The position numbers were made by a program, and so were the translations under genes. Of a DNA stretch of 64,000 bases, positions 28,798-38,932 are shown one piece after another. Positions within the stretch are counted from its first letter, which is position 1; each line of letters begins with the position of its first letter. The DNA is from Rhodothermaceae bacterium (GTDB taxonomy: Bacteria; Bacteroidota; Rhodothermia; Rhodothermales; Bin80), in contig VXSC01000027.1 in the NCBI GenBank assembly GCA_009838195.1, positions 64,506 to 128,505 on the forward strand, given 5' to 3'. The notes beneath the pieces were generated by a model. That model saw only the letters and a list, made by a program, of their open reading frames with translations, ran no database searches and was not told the origin of the DNA.

Positions 28798-29904
28798 ATG
28801 AAAAATAGTTCCATCGTTTGCGGGATCATCAGCTTGTTGCTGTTGATGCCATCTGCCCAGGCGAAGCAGATGAGCACTTCTGGAGAAGCGGATACGGTCG
28901 TCGTGCGACACCAGTGGTATTCCCAGGCGCATCTAGAGGCCCCAGGTTCACATATTGTGGATAAAGATTGGATTGAGAATGTGCGCTTGGGGACGCTGCA
29001 GTTACCTCAATGTGCTGGAGCTCTAGTGAGTGCGGATGGTCTGGCTGTGACCAGTGCTGCATGCCTGCGTTCTCTAGAAACCTGGATTCGACCAACCGAT
29101 TCGGTGTTTGTGGCCGATGAATTGTTGCAAGAGCGCAGGTTGGCAGGGCTCGCCGTAGAGCAGCTTGTCGAGGTCCGAAAGCTTGACAGCCCAGAAGATC
29201 CGCCCAGCGATGCACTGCCCAGAACACGTACGGAGATTGTTGCCGCGGACGACAGTAGTAGTTTCTGGGAATATACCTGGCGTATCTACGATGATGTGAG
29301 GCTAGTACTGATTCCGCCTGTGGAGGTGGCAAATTTTGGCAATGAAGAGGGGGTCTATCCCAGGTATGCACTGGACTTTGCACTCTTCAGGGTGTATGAT
29401 GAGAGCGGTCAATCTCTGGACACCGAAAACTACTTTGCGTGGAGTGATCGTCCGCCCGATCATCGGGAAAAATTATTCGCCACTGCAGTGGATGAAAACG
29501 GACCGTTTACGAGTGTTACCCTGTCAAATACATTCACGTACAACGGGACCGTCAGTCCGCCTTACACGACGTTGTACGGTATGTTGGATTTGCATCATTC
29601 GCACGGGGCAATAGGGGTTTGGGGATTACCAGCGGGGTGGATTGCTGGAATCAAAGAGAGTGATTTATCCGCCGCATTGAATTTTTCTGTGGCCGGTAAA
29701 TGTGCTCAGATAGGAACGGGCATTGTAGATATAGACTTGGAGATTCTTGGCATTGCCTTTGATCATGCATTCACAGGGGGGCGTGAGCGCTGTGTAGCAG
29801 TTTCGACTTCGGGTATCCTGTCACTTCTAAGGACCGTATTCGAGGCGGAGAATATTGTGGAGGAATTGGCAGAACAGGCACGAAGTGCAGAGGAGAATGG
29901 GTAA
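28798..29904 (+). CDS. truncated, catalytically degenerate S46 (DPP7/DPP11-like) peptidase paralog
   Basis: Signal peptide MKNSSIVCGIISLLLLMPSAQA. Collinear with both halves of the downstream S46 protease, but TNHHC is TSAAC and GGNSGSP is QIGTGIV. The roughly 330-aa middle (helical) region is absent. Confidence 0.7.
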   Translation: MKNSSIVCGIISLLLLMPSAQAKQMSTSGEADTVVVRHQWYSQAHLEAPGSHIVDKDWIENVRLGTLQLPQCAGALVSADGLAVTSAACLRSLETWIRPTDSVFVADELLQERRLAGLAVEQLVEVRKLDSPEDPPSDALPRTRTEIVAADDSSSFWEYTWRIYDDVRLVLIPPVEVANFGNEEGVYPRYALDFALFRVYDESGQSLDTENYFAWSDRPPDHREKLFATAVDENGPFTSVTLSNTFTYNGTVSPPYTTLYGMLDLHHSHGAIGVWGLPAGWIAGIKESDLSAALNFSVAGKCAQIGTGIVDIDLEILGIAFDHAFTGGRERCVAVSTSGILSLLRTVFEAENIVEELAEQARSAEENG

Positions 29905-32107
29905 GTACAAAAATTGGTTGATTGCAGGGTTCCTGATATGTCTGGCAGGTTGTGCCCCCAGCGCCGTAGAGGTAGTCCAGGTGATTAATCAGCCTCTGGT
30001 CGTGGAAGAGCCTCAATCCTCTGTTTCACCCGTGGAAGCGCCGGATCCTACCCTTTCTCTGACTGTGGACCGATTCGATGTGGATCTTGATCGGTTTGAC
30101 GGGGGGAAGATGTGGACGTTTGATAGCCCGCCTGTGGAGTGGCTTGCGGAAGAGTATGGGATAGACGCTGATTCTGCATGGTTTGCCAGAGCCAGACTGG
30201 GGGCATTACGGTTTGGGACAAACTGTTCTGCCAGCTTTGTTTCGGATCAGGGATTAATTTTAACGAATCATCACTGTGCTCGTGAGAGCATTACCGAGGT
30301 GTCTGATGAGGCGGAGCATTTACTTGAAGAGGGGTTTCTAGCTGCAACAGCTGCCGACGAGCGAAGAGTGCCTGATTTGTATGTTGAGCAACTCTGGGAA
30401 ATTTCAGATGTCACCCAACGGGTACACGGTGCCAGCCGCATTGTGCGCGGGGATAATGAGCGTGTCCGTGCACGCAGGGATAAGGCTTCGGTGATTGCAG
30501 GCGAGCTGACAAGCGCTGCCAAGATGCGAGACTCAACGCTCCGGGTGGAGGTGATTGAGCTGTATAGCGGCGAACGATATGCCGCGTATACCTATCGGCG
30601 TTACGAGGATGTACGCCTGGTAATGGCTCCAGAAAAGAGACTGGGATATTTCGGAGGAGAAGAGGATAATTTTACCTTCCCCCGGTATACGCTTGATATG
30701 GCCTTTTTCCGTGCTTATGATCGAGAGGGTAATCCCGCAGTTACGCCAGAACATTACAAATGGAGTAGCGAGGGAGCAAATGCGGACGATGCCGTCTTTG
30801 TAGTGGGTAATCCAGGATCAACCAGCCGGTTTGGCAGCGTGTCGCAACTAACGTTTGAGCGAGACTATACGTTGGTTCAGCAGGTCGAAATACTGCGGCG
30901 ACGTGTAGAAGCGTTGCAACCGTTCATCGGCATAGACCAAGAAGGTGCAGATGCATTTGAGAACATGTGGTTCACGGCCAGTAATTCACTCAAGGCACTC
31001 TCGGGGCAGTTGGAAGGGCTTCGTAACGACACACTGATCGCACGTCGCAGTGCAGCGGAATTTCAGATCAGAGAGGATCTCTTTCATTCAGATTCGCTAT
31101 CCATGCGCTATGGCTCATTATTCCAGGAACTGGATGAACTTCAGTTGTCAAAGCGCGCGGAAGCAGGGCGTATGGCGGCGTTCACGTTCTTTGGAACGGC
31201 GGTCGGATCGCGGATCCTGACGCGTGCACTGCATGGATACTACTATGCAAATCTACAGCGTCGTGGTTATGTGGATCGGGAGGTACTTGATGAGATTCGT
31301 GAGAACGCATTGGCGTTGGATGACTTTCCGGCAGAGGTGGACAGAGAGATCATTGCTCTTCGGCTTGAAGAGCTTCTGGAAGCTTTGGGAGAGCAGGACC
31401 CAACGATGCGAAGCATATTGGGGGGACTCACAATCGATAGCCTGGCGGCAAATCTGGTAGCGACCACAGCACTCTCGGATTCTGCAAGGTTTGCCGACCT
31501 TCTGGATCAAGGGTTTCTGAGCAGTGATGATCCGGCGGTGCCAGTGATCAGCGCGTTGGCACCCTTGTATTTTACGGCTCAGCAACAGGCCGAGAGTTTC
31601 AAAAACAGAGAAGACCTTCTCGTTGCCGAGCTGGCATCGCTCCGTTTTGCGCTTTACGGTACCGGTGTGCCCCCAGATGCCTCCTTTTCGCTCCGAATAT
31701 CAGACGGGCGTGTAGATGGATATACGTACAATGGAACCCGCGCACCTGCTTTTACGACCTTCTATGGGCTGTATGATCACTTTTACGCCTATCGGAACAT
31801 GAGCAGATCGTGGGACCTCCCGGAACGCTGGCGGAATCCACCGGAGATGTTTGATCTCTCAACCCCGCTCAACCTAGTCAGCACCAACGATATTACGGGA
31901 GGGAATTCTGGATCCCCACTATTAAATCAGGATTTGGAGATCGTAGGTTTGGTATTTGATGGCAATATTGAATCTCTGCCCAATGTATATATATTTTCGG
32001 ACCGGACAGCACGGACAGTTTCGGTAGATGTTCGGGCGATCCTGGCCTCATTACAACATGTTTACGAAGCCGAGCGGCTTGTGGAAGAGATTCTTGCGGC
32101 GCAGTAG
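29897..32107 (+). CDS. S46 family dipeptidyl-peptidase (DPP7/DPP11-like) lipoprotein
   Basis: ATG 29897 gives MGKYKNWLIAGFLICLAGC (lipobox). Catalytic blocks FVSDQGLILTNHHC, FPRYTLDMAFFRAYD and TNDITGGNSGSPLLN. The start overlaps the upstream stop (ATGGGTAA). Confidence 0.88.
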   Translation: MGKYKNWLIAGFLICLAGCAPSAVEVVQVINQPLVVEEPQSSVSPVEAPDPTLSLTVDRFDVDLDRFDGGKMWTFDSPPVEWLAEEYGIDADSAWFARARLGALRFGTNCSASFVSDQGLILTNHHCARESITEVSDEAEHLLEEGFLAATAADERRVPDLYVEQLWEISDVTQRVHGASRIVRGDNERVRARRDKASVIAGELTSAAKMRDSTLRVEVIELYSGERYAAYTYRRYEDVRLVMAPEKRLGYFGGEEDNFTFPRYTLDMAFFRAYDREGNPAVTPEHYKWSSEGANADDAVFVVGNPGSTSRFGSVSQLTFERDYTLVQQVEILRRRVEALQPFIGIDQEGADAFENMWFTASNSLKALSGQLEGLRNDTLIARRSAAEFQIREDLFHSDSLSMRYGSLFQELDELQLSKRAEAGRMAAFTFFGTAVGSRILTRALHGYYYANLQRRGYVDREVLDEIRENALALDDFPAEVDREIIALRLEELLEALGEQDPTMRSILGGLTIDSLAANLVATTALSDSARFADLLDQGFLSSDDPAVPVISALAPLYFTAQQQAESFKNREDLLVAELASLRFALYGTGVPPDASFSLRISDGRVDGYTYNGTRAPAFTTFYGLYDHFYAYRNMSRSWDLPERWRNPPEMFDLSTPLNLVSTNDITGGNSGSPLLNQDLEIVGLVFDGNIESLPNVYIFSDRTARTVSVDVRAILASLQHVYEAERLVEEILAAQ

Positions 32108-32328
32108 ACGCAGTGAGCTTCCAGTCAGTTTCATGCCTGGACAGAGGAACATCTCTGCAAAGGTTTAGATTGTCAGTGATGCCTCCAACACCAAACTCAT
32201 CGGCATGGATAGGAATTTGCTGGTATTACAGACTAGGTTTCCATGTGGGATTCCCGCCAGATTTGGGGTAACCATGCCCGGAGGAGTATCATTCACATGG
32301 AATAACGGATAAACCCCACACAGAGGAG

Positions 32329-33471
32329 ATGGAGCAGCCAAGACAACTTGCTTTAGTATTAGCCGGAGGAGGTGCCAGAGCTGCATATCAGGCAGGTGTT
32401 GTGTCCTATATACGTGAACTGGTTCCAGAGATCTCATATCCCATCATTACCGGTGTCTCTGCAGGAGCAATCAATGCAGCATTTCTTGCAGGCCATCCGG
32501 GTCGAGGCGGTGCAGAAGCGTTGGTGGATTGCTGGAAAAATATTGATCAAAGCAAGGTCTACGAAGCAGAATCATCCATGGGGTTAATTCGAAGGGTGCT
32601 CCCACGGGTCCCATTTGGAGACATAATGATTCGTGTTCAGGAAGGGGAGGCACTCCTCAATACGACTCCACTACGCCACTACCTTTCGCACCAGTTGCCC
32701 GCCGCTTCCGATGGCACACTGCCACAGATTCAAAAAAATCTTGACGAAGGAGAACTGACATCGGTTTGCATCACGACCACGAGTTTTACGACGGGTCAGT
32801 CTGTGAGTTGGATACAGGGACAGGATATACAGACCTGGCAGCGCCCGAATCGTATTGCGCATCGCGACACGATTACGCTTGATCATGTGATGGCCTCCTC
32901 GGCTTTACCGCTGTTATTTCCAGCGGTGAGGCTCGGCGATGAATGGTATGGGGATGGGGGAATTCGCCTCATCGCACCGATTTCACCTGCACTGCACCTG
33001 GGTGCAACAGATATTATTTGTATTTCGCCTAAGTACGTACGCACCCAAATCGAAGCCGCAGAGCCTGCGATTACCGGGTATCCACCTGCTGCACAGGTCA
33101 TGGGTATCCTGCTGAATGCCACTTTCCTGGATGCGTTTGACCATGATGTTCGGATGGCAGAGAGAATGACCGAATTGGCTAAACATGTGCCCCCGTCTGA
33201 ACGGGGCGGAGTCCGCCCGGTCAATATTCTTCTGATCCAACCGTCGAGGGATATTGCAAAGTTGGCCAAGGGATTGGAAGTGAAGACGAAGGGAGTTTTT
33301 CGGATGTTGACACGGGGCCTGGGAAGTGGAGAGACACTGAGTCCAGATTGGCTCAGTGTCATGCTGTTTGATCCGGAATTTATCGGACGTGTACTAGAGC
33401 TGGGCTATGAAGATGGCAGGCGGCAGACCACTGCAATCGAAAAATTTATAACAAAATCAATAGATGACTAG
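32329..33471 (+). CDS. patatin-like phospholipase
   Basis: LVLAGGGARAAYQAGV (oxyanion GGGxR), GVSAGAINA (GxSxG nucleophile), and YGDGGIR (DG of the Ser-Asp dyad). Confidence 0.85.
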   Translation: MEQPRQLALVLAGGGARAAYQAGVVSYIRELVPEISYPIITGVSAGAINAAFLAGHPGRGGAEALVDCWKNIDQSKVYEAESSMGLIRRVLPRVPFGDIMIRVQEGEALLNTTPLRHYLSHQLPAASDGTLPQIQKNLDEGELTSVCITTTSFTTGQSVSWIQGQDIQTWQRPNRIAHRDTITLDHVMASSALPLLFPAVRLGDEWYGDGGIRLIAPISPALHLGATDIICISPKYVRTQIEAAEPAITGYPPAAQVMGILLNATFLDAFDHDVRMAERMTELAKHVPPSERGGVRPVNILLIQPSRDIAKLAKGLEVKTKGVFRMLTRGLGSGETLSPDWLSVMLFDPEFIGRVLELGYEDGRRQTTAIEKFITKSIDD

Positions 33472-35833
33472 ACGAAGGGTTTTCAGAGTGGCCAGGTTGA
33501 TTCTGCTTGGATGCATGGTGTGTTCGCCAGAGATTTTCGCGCAGATTCTTCGTGGCCGCGTCAGTGACGCAGCCACCAATGAGCCGCTACCTGCAGCGAC
33601 CGTGCAGATTGCGGGTACTTATCGGGGGACGATAACGAATAACGACGGGATGTATGAAATTGCAGTGGACGACTTGCCGGTTGATATAGTGGTGCGGTAC
33701 ATCGGATTTCGGACTGACACGCTGACTGCACACACGCTGACTCCACTGGAATTTCGACTGGAGCCAGTAGCTCTGGAGATGGAGCAGTTGGTTGTGACCG
33801 AAGATGATCCGGCCATATGGATCATGCGTCAGGTCATTGAGCGAAAGCAAATTTGGCGAAAGCAACTCAATACATTTGAGGCGCAGGCGTATAGTCGCTA
33901 CACCTTTTCCAATGATTCAGGGATTGTTGCGATTGTTGAGTCTGCAGCCACCACCTGGTGGGATCAGGATCGCGGACTTCGCGAGGAGGTCACCGGGTCA
34001 CGCAGCACAGGAAATGTGCCTTTGGGGGATGGGGAGGCACTCCCCGCCGCGTCAATCATGGTGAATCTGTATGACGATGATGTTCGGATCAGCGGTCACA
34101 CACTCATTGGCGTGACCCACCCAGATGCATTAGACAGATATGTGTTTACCCTAGATGGGATGCGCAGAGTGGATGATGTACTTGTCTATGATATTGCGGT
34201 TGAGCCAAAGCAGAATCTTACCAGTGCATTTGTGGGCAGTGTGTCCGTGATTGATGGGGACTTTGCTCTCATAGAAGCGAGGCTGCGCCCGGGGCCGGCG
34301 TTCTTGTTTCCTTTCCCAATCCAGAAATATGATGTCACTTACTTGCAGCAGTTTTCTGACTACGATGGGGAGATTTGGCTACCAATGGATTTGCGCTCAA
34401 ACATAATTGTGGAACTCGTCTCCATGGAACCATTGCTGAGTTTTCCACCCTTTATAATAGATATGGTATCTCGATTTACCGATTATCAATTGAATGTGGA
34501 ACTGGCGGACAGCCTATTTGAGGGGAGCTATCTACAGGTTGACTCCTCGGCAGTCTCATCTGGTGAATCATTTCAACGTGAGGGGGCAATCGTTCCTCTG
34601 ACACCAAAAGAAACAGTAGCATATGCATCTATAGACAGTACCCATTCCCTTGGAGAAGCATATGGACCGAGAGGCTCCTTGTGGGACAGAGCAGAAAGGC
34701 TTGCAGAAATAGAAGAAAGACGCTCGTCCGCGAGGGGAGTCTTTTCTTTTGTTACAGATCTTGGTTTTATGCCTCAGGCCTGGTACAACCGGGTAGATGC
34801 TCTACACCTAGGACTTGGATATAAAAAAGGGTTCGGAGAGATACTTGAGGTTCAGGCTCAGGGAGGCTTCAACACGGAACAGGAAGGGGATACAAGGTAT
34901 TCGTATCAAGGATCCATTCGTTTGGACAATGACTGGTTTATTGATATAGGTTATCGTGCAGAGAACGTGCCCACCTACTCATCCAATAGCAAGTCGCGGC
35001 TGTCTAATAGTGGTTTGATGTTACTGGGACAGGAAGACTATTTTGATTATTATCGGCGGGAAGGGATTTCTTTCACGGGAGGATATAGAATAAAGAGGTG
35101 GCGTTCAGCCACCATTACTGGCACGTATCTCCACGAAAAACATTCAGGACTAACCGGCAATGTGAGCTACGATTTATTGGGCAAGAGTACGTTGCAACGT
35201 CCTAATGGAGCGATTCAAGAGGGAGACCTGCGAACATTTACGGCTACGCTTCGGATCGGTCGCGATATACCCATAAATATCGGCCCGTCAAGACACTTTG
35301 AATCCAGTATTGAAATCTCAATGCCTTGGTCGGACATTTCTTTCCGTCGATATTATTTAAAGGTGGGCGGGCGGATCACCACCTTCCTGCAGAGACGGCT
35401 TTTGCCGGCGACACTTGATTACGGGATTTCTGTGGGCTTGTCTTCCGACGGAGGTCGGACATTACCGCCGCAGCGTACATTCGTTGTTGAGGGAGGGACC
35501 ACAATTTATCATTGGGGTGGCTCGTTGTACACACTTCAGGGATTACCCTATCAGGGAAACGCGATCGTCTTTGGGCACTGGGAGCATAATTTCCGCACAT
35601 TTTTTTTCGAAATACTTGGCCTAGAGTGGATGACAAACAAAGGTTACAACGTGTTGGTTTTTGGTGGGCATGCTTTCGTTCGAGAGGCAAGACCATGGGG
35701 CAATAAATGGATTGATCATAATGAATTAGGGGTTTCATTGAGTGGCATATTTGGCGTCATGCGTTTGGACCTAGCGTATCGGATCGGAGAGAATCAATTC
35801 TATCCTGCGATTAGTGTGGCGCGTATTTTTTGA
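33464..35833 (+). CDS. CarboxypepD_reg plus DUF5686 family outer-membrane-type protein (paralog 1)
   Basis: Signal peptide. LRGRVSDAATNEPLPAATVQIAGTYRGTITNNDGMYEI (carboxypeptidase regulatory-like fold), IMRQVIERKQIWRKQLNTFEAQAYSRYTF block. Start overlaps the patatin stop by 8 nt. Confidence 0.7.
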   Translation: MTRRRVFRVARLILLGCMVCSPEIFAQILRGRVSDAATNEPLPAATVQIAGTYRGTITNNDGMYEIAVDDLPVDIVVRYIGFRTDTLTAHTLTPLEFRLEPVALEMEQLVVTEDDPAIWIMRQVIERKQIWRKQLNTFEAQAYSRYTFSNDSGIVAIVESAATTWWDQDRGLREEVTGSRSTGNVPLGDGEALPAASIMVNLYDDDVRISGHTLIGVTHPDALDRYVFTLDGMRRVDDVLVYDIAVEPKQNLTSAFVGSVSVIDGDFALIEARLRPGPAFLFPFPIQKYDVTYLQQFSDYDGEIWLPMDLRSNIIVELVSMEPLLSFPPFIIDMVSRFTDYQLNVELADSLFEGSYLQVDSSAVSSGESFQREGAIVPLTPKETVAYASIDSTHSLGEAYGPRGSLWDRAERLAEIEERRSSARGVFSFVTDLGFMPQAWYNRVDALHLGLGYKKGFGEILEVQAQGGFNTEQEGDTRYSYQGSIRLDNDWFIDIGYRAENVPTYSSNSKSRLSNSGLMLLGQEDYFDYYRREGISFTGGYRIKRWRSATITGTYLHEKHSGLTGNVSYDLLGKSTLQRPNGAIQEGDLRTFTATLRIGRDIPINIGPSRHFESSIEISMPWSDISFRRYYLKVGGRITTFLQRRLLPATLDYGISVGLSSDGGRTLPPQRTFVVEGGTTIYHWGGSLYTLQGLPYQGNAIVFGHWEHNFRTFFFEILGLEWMTNKGYNVLVFGGHAFVREARPWGNKWIDHNELGVSLSGIFGVMRLDLAYRIGENQFYPAISVARIF

Positions 35834-35847
35834 TCCACGGGGAATGG

Positions 35848-38196
35848 ATGAAGCTACCCTGCTCAGAGTGCAGTATTGTGTCATTCAGGAGGCGTCGTAT
35901 CCGTTTGTGGTTTTTGATCTCGCTGGGTGTTGCAGGTACCCAGATGTACTCACCGCAGGCGACGGGGCAGGTGCTGATTACCGGCTCCGTAAAGGATTCA
36001 GTTACCCAGTTGCCGCTCACTTCTGCACACGTGATTTTGGATGGGAGTAATCTGGGCACCATTACCAATCGGGAAGGTGATTTTGAAATCACACTTCCCA
36101 GTCTCCCGGCTACACTCATTTTTCGACACATTGGCTATCATCCGGCGCGGGTCGAATTGACGCCGAATGACACGAGGGTCATCCACATGAGTCTTGAGCC
36201 GGCGGCGATCGAGTTACCGGAGCTACTGATCACGGGAGATCATCTGGCTACAGGGATTATGCAGGAGGTCATTCGTCGCAAAGCTGCGCGCAGAGTTCAC
36301 CTGGAGTCTCACAACGCGAGAGTATATACCAGAATCACACTTCAGAATCGGGACAGAATTGTTCTGATCAATGAAACGGTGTTCGACCGATATTTTGCCA
36401 AGGGCAGTGGAATCAGGGATGTCATCCGGTCCATGCGTACAACCTCTGACTTTCACGAGCAATTGGGTTTGACGCTGGCACCTCAGGATTTTTCTTCTGA
36501 TCATGTGCAGATCAACGGGCTGTCATTTTTTGGGCCGACACACCCGGATGCATTGGACCACTATACGTTCACATTTGCGGGGCGTCGCATGTGGGATGGT
36601 CAGCAGTTATACGATATCTACATTGCCCCGAAAAACAATCAAGAAGCCACGTTGATTGGTCGGATTTCCGTGTTGGACAGTGTGTACGCACTTGTAGAGG
36701 CGGATTTAAAGCCTGCCCCTCATGTGGTCTTTTCTCCTGATACACGAGAATGGAGTGTCATGTACCGCCAGAATTTTGCCCAGGTGGACTCATTCTGGCT
36801 CCCGACCGATCTTCAGTTACAGGGTTGGATTCATGTAGAGCCGAACGGTGAGCGGGTCAGTCCAGCCGTAGTCGAACAGGCCGTCAGGTTCATTAACTAT
36901 CAAGCCAACGAGCCTGTACCGAGTGCACCGTTTACGGTTGAGGATCAATTACAGGTTGATTCAACTTCGGTTCTGCGGGATGATTTGTTTCTAATGGGAC
37001 TTGATATGGTTGCCTTGACTGCGCGGGAACTGCAAGCTCTGGAAAATCTTCGATGGGAGAAGCCGCTTACGCTTCGCGAGGCATTTCCACCAACCACTTC
37101 GGCTGTCGCTTCAGCAGTTGAATTGTACGATTTTCAAATATGGGACCGGCCTCAGTTTTCTTTCCCCGTCGTCGGGGGATTCATTCCTTGGTTTGCATAC
37201 AACCGTGTTGATGGGACACGCGTGGGAGCGGGTAGAGTTTTTTCGGTTCGAAACAATCGTAAAATTGCCGCACGAATTGGTCAGTCTATCGGATTCGGCC
37301 GGACACGTCTAGGTATCGCATTAAATCGTCAGGAAACTCAGTCGCTGCAGACGTCTGTGGTATATGAGCAGAACACGCGTCCACAAAACGGGGTATTGAT
37401 CCATACGGAGGCATTGAATTCGTTGTCTTCAAGGTTTTTTGCACAAGATTATTTTGACTGGTACTGGTCGAAAAGCCTTCGTGCAAGTGCGCGTTATGAG
37501 ACGAAAGGAATTAGGATGATGCTTTCGGGAGAGTATTCGTTTGTTGATTCCATGCAGACACAGGTACGGCGCCCTTGGCCATTGAACAAGGAATTTCCTG
37601 AGAATCTATCGATACGACCGGGTCAACGACAGTCCCTTGAGTTGAGGGTTGCGACCGGTAGCATGTGGCACCCATACCACATTGACCCACAAAAAAGGGT
37701 TGAGGCCAGGATTGAATTTGGACATCCGCATGGTAGCCGCAGTGACCTTCGGGCCACACTGCTCGCGGACTATAATTTCGCTACATTCATGCGTCGTCGC
37801 CCAACTCCACCAAGGCTTTCTCTGCGAATCTTAGGTGGGGTTATAACACAGGATGCTTCTAGAGATCGTTGGCATGTCGCTGAAGGTAGTATGGGGCCAG
37901 TTGGGGAGTTGGGTACGCTGCGTTCCATTCGGAATCGGCGACTCATTGGACGTCAAATGATTGGGGCCCACTGGGAACATGATTTTCGTAGTCTTCTGTT
38001 TGAGGCACTTCGTATTCGTCCACTGGTGGACCATAATGTCAGTATGCGTCTTGGCGGGGCACATGTATACATAAATGGACGCTGGATTCACGAGGTTACG
38101 CTAAGTATTGCACGAGCTCCGGTACGTGTCAACTTCACTCGCAGAATTGATCAGCCAGGGATATTCGTGGGTTTTGGTATTGCGGGGCGCAATTAA
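35848..38196 (+). CDS. CarboxypepD_reg plus DUF5686 family protein (paralog 2)
   Basis: ATG 35848 (MKLPCSEC...RRRRIRLWFLISLGVAG). ITGSVKDSVTQLPLTSAHVILDGSNLGTITNREGDFEI and IMQEVIRRKAARRVHLESHNARVYTRITL. Collinear with the upstream paralog. Confidence 0.7.
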   Translation: MKLPCSECSIVSFRRRRIRLWFLISLGVAGTQMYSPQATGQVLITGSVKDSVTQLPLTSAHVILDGSNLGTITNREGDFEITLPSLPATLIFRHIGYHPARVELTPNDTRVIHMSLEPAAIELPELLITGDHLATGIMQEVIRRKAARRVHLESHNARVYTRITLQNRDRIVLINETVFDRYFAKGSGIRDVIRSMRTTSDFHEQLGLTLAPQDFSSDHVQINGLSFFGPTHPDALDHYTFTFAGRRMWDGQQLYDIYIAPKNNQEATLIGRISVLDSVYALVEADLKPAPHVVFSPDTREWSVMYRQNFAQVDSFWLPTDLQLQGWIHVEPNGERVSPAVVEQAVRFINYQANEPVPSAPFTVEDQLQVDSTSVLRDDLFLMGLDMVALTARELQALENLRWEKPLTLREAFPPTTSAVASAVELYDFQIWDRPQFSFPVVGGFIPWFAYNRVDGTRVGAGRVFSVRNNRKIAARIGQSIGFGRTRLGIALNRQETQSLQTSVVYEQNTRPQNGVLIHTEALNSLSSRFFAQDYFDWYWSKSLRASARYETKGIRMMLSGEYSFVDSMQTQVRRPWPLNKEFPENLSIRPGQRQSLELRVATGSMWHPYHIDPQKRVEARIEFGHPHGSRSDLRATLLADYNFATFMRRRPTPPRLSLRILGGVITQDASRDRWHVAEGSMGPVGELGTLRSIRNRRLIGRQMIGAHWEHDFRSLLFEALRIRPLVDHNVSMRLGGAHVYINGRWIHEVTLSIARAPVRVNFTRRIDQPGIFVGFGIAGRN

Positions 38197-38222
38197 TGCA
38201 TTATCGGTCAAGTTCCTTATAG

Positions 38223-38882
38223 ATGTGGCTTTTTGAAGACAACCACCTTTTGACGCTCGACAAACCTGCAGGACTGCTTTCCCAGGCGGATAGTACAGGA
38301 GACCCAGATGTAGTGACATTGGCAAAGGAGTATATCAAACACAAATACAGTAAGCCTGGGAATGTATATATCGGATTGGTCCACCGATTGGATCGCCCCA
38401 CCTCGGGAGCAATGGTGCTTGCAAGGACCTCTAAAGCAGCACGACGTTTATCTCAGGCATTCCGTGAGCGAAGCGTAAAAAAGAAGTATATCGCTCTTGT
38501 GGAAGGGGCCCTGACTGGCAGCGGGGTCATGGAAGATTATTTGCGTAAGGAAGCGGATCGGTCCTATGTGGTGCAGGTGAAGGACCAGGGCAAGTATGCG
38601 AGCTTACGGTGGAATGCGGTAGAGTCCAATGGGAAGGTTACACTGGTATCGATAGAGCTGATTACAGGGCGTGCTCATCAAATTCGATGTCAGTTCAGTG
38701 ATCGGGGATTCCCCGTATTAGGAGACATTCGCTATGGTGCACAGCAAGGTTTTGATGGAAAGGACCAGATTGCATTACATTGTCAAAATCTCCGCTTTTT
38801 ACATCCTGTAAAGAAGACCTCCATGGATGTCGAAACCACGCTTCCCAGTCCCTGGAGAAAGTTTAGGGAACTATATTACTAA
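38223..38882 (+). CDS. RluA family pseudouridine synthase
   Basis: LLTLDKPAGLLS, VHRLDRPTSGAMVLARTSKAARRL (catalytic Asp motif HRLD), TGRAHQIRCQF. Confidence 0.85.
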   Translation: MWLFEDNHLLTLDKPAGLLSQADSTGDPDVVTLAKEYIKHKYSKPGNVYIGLVHRLDRPTSGAMVLARTSKAARRLSQAFRERSVKKKYIALVEGALTGSGVMEDYLRKEADRSYVVQVKDQGKYASLRWNAVESNGKVTLVSIELITGRAHQIRCQFSDRGFPVLGDIRYGAQQGFDGKDQIALHCQNLRFLHPVKKTSMDVETTLPSPWRKFRELYY

Positions 38883-38932
38883 TCGTTGAAGTTCATATTT
38901 GTCATTGATAAAATTATCCAATACAGAAAACC

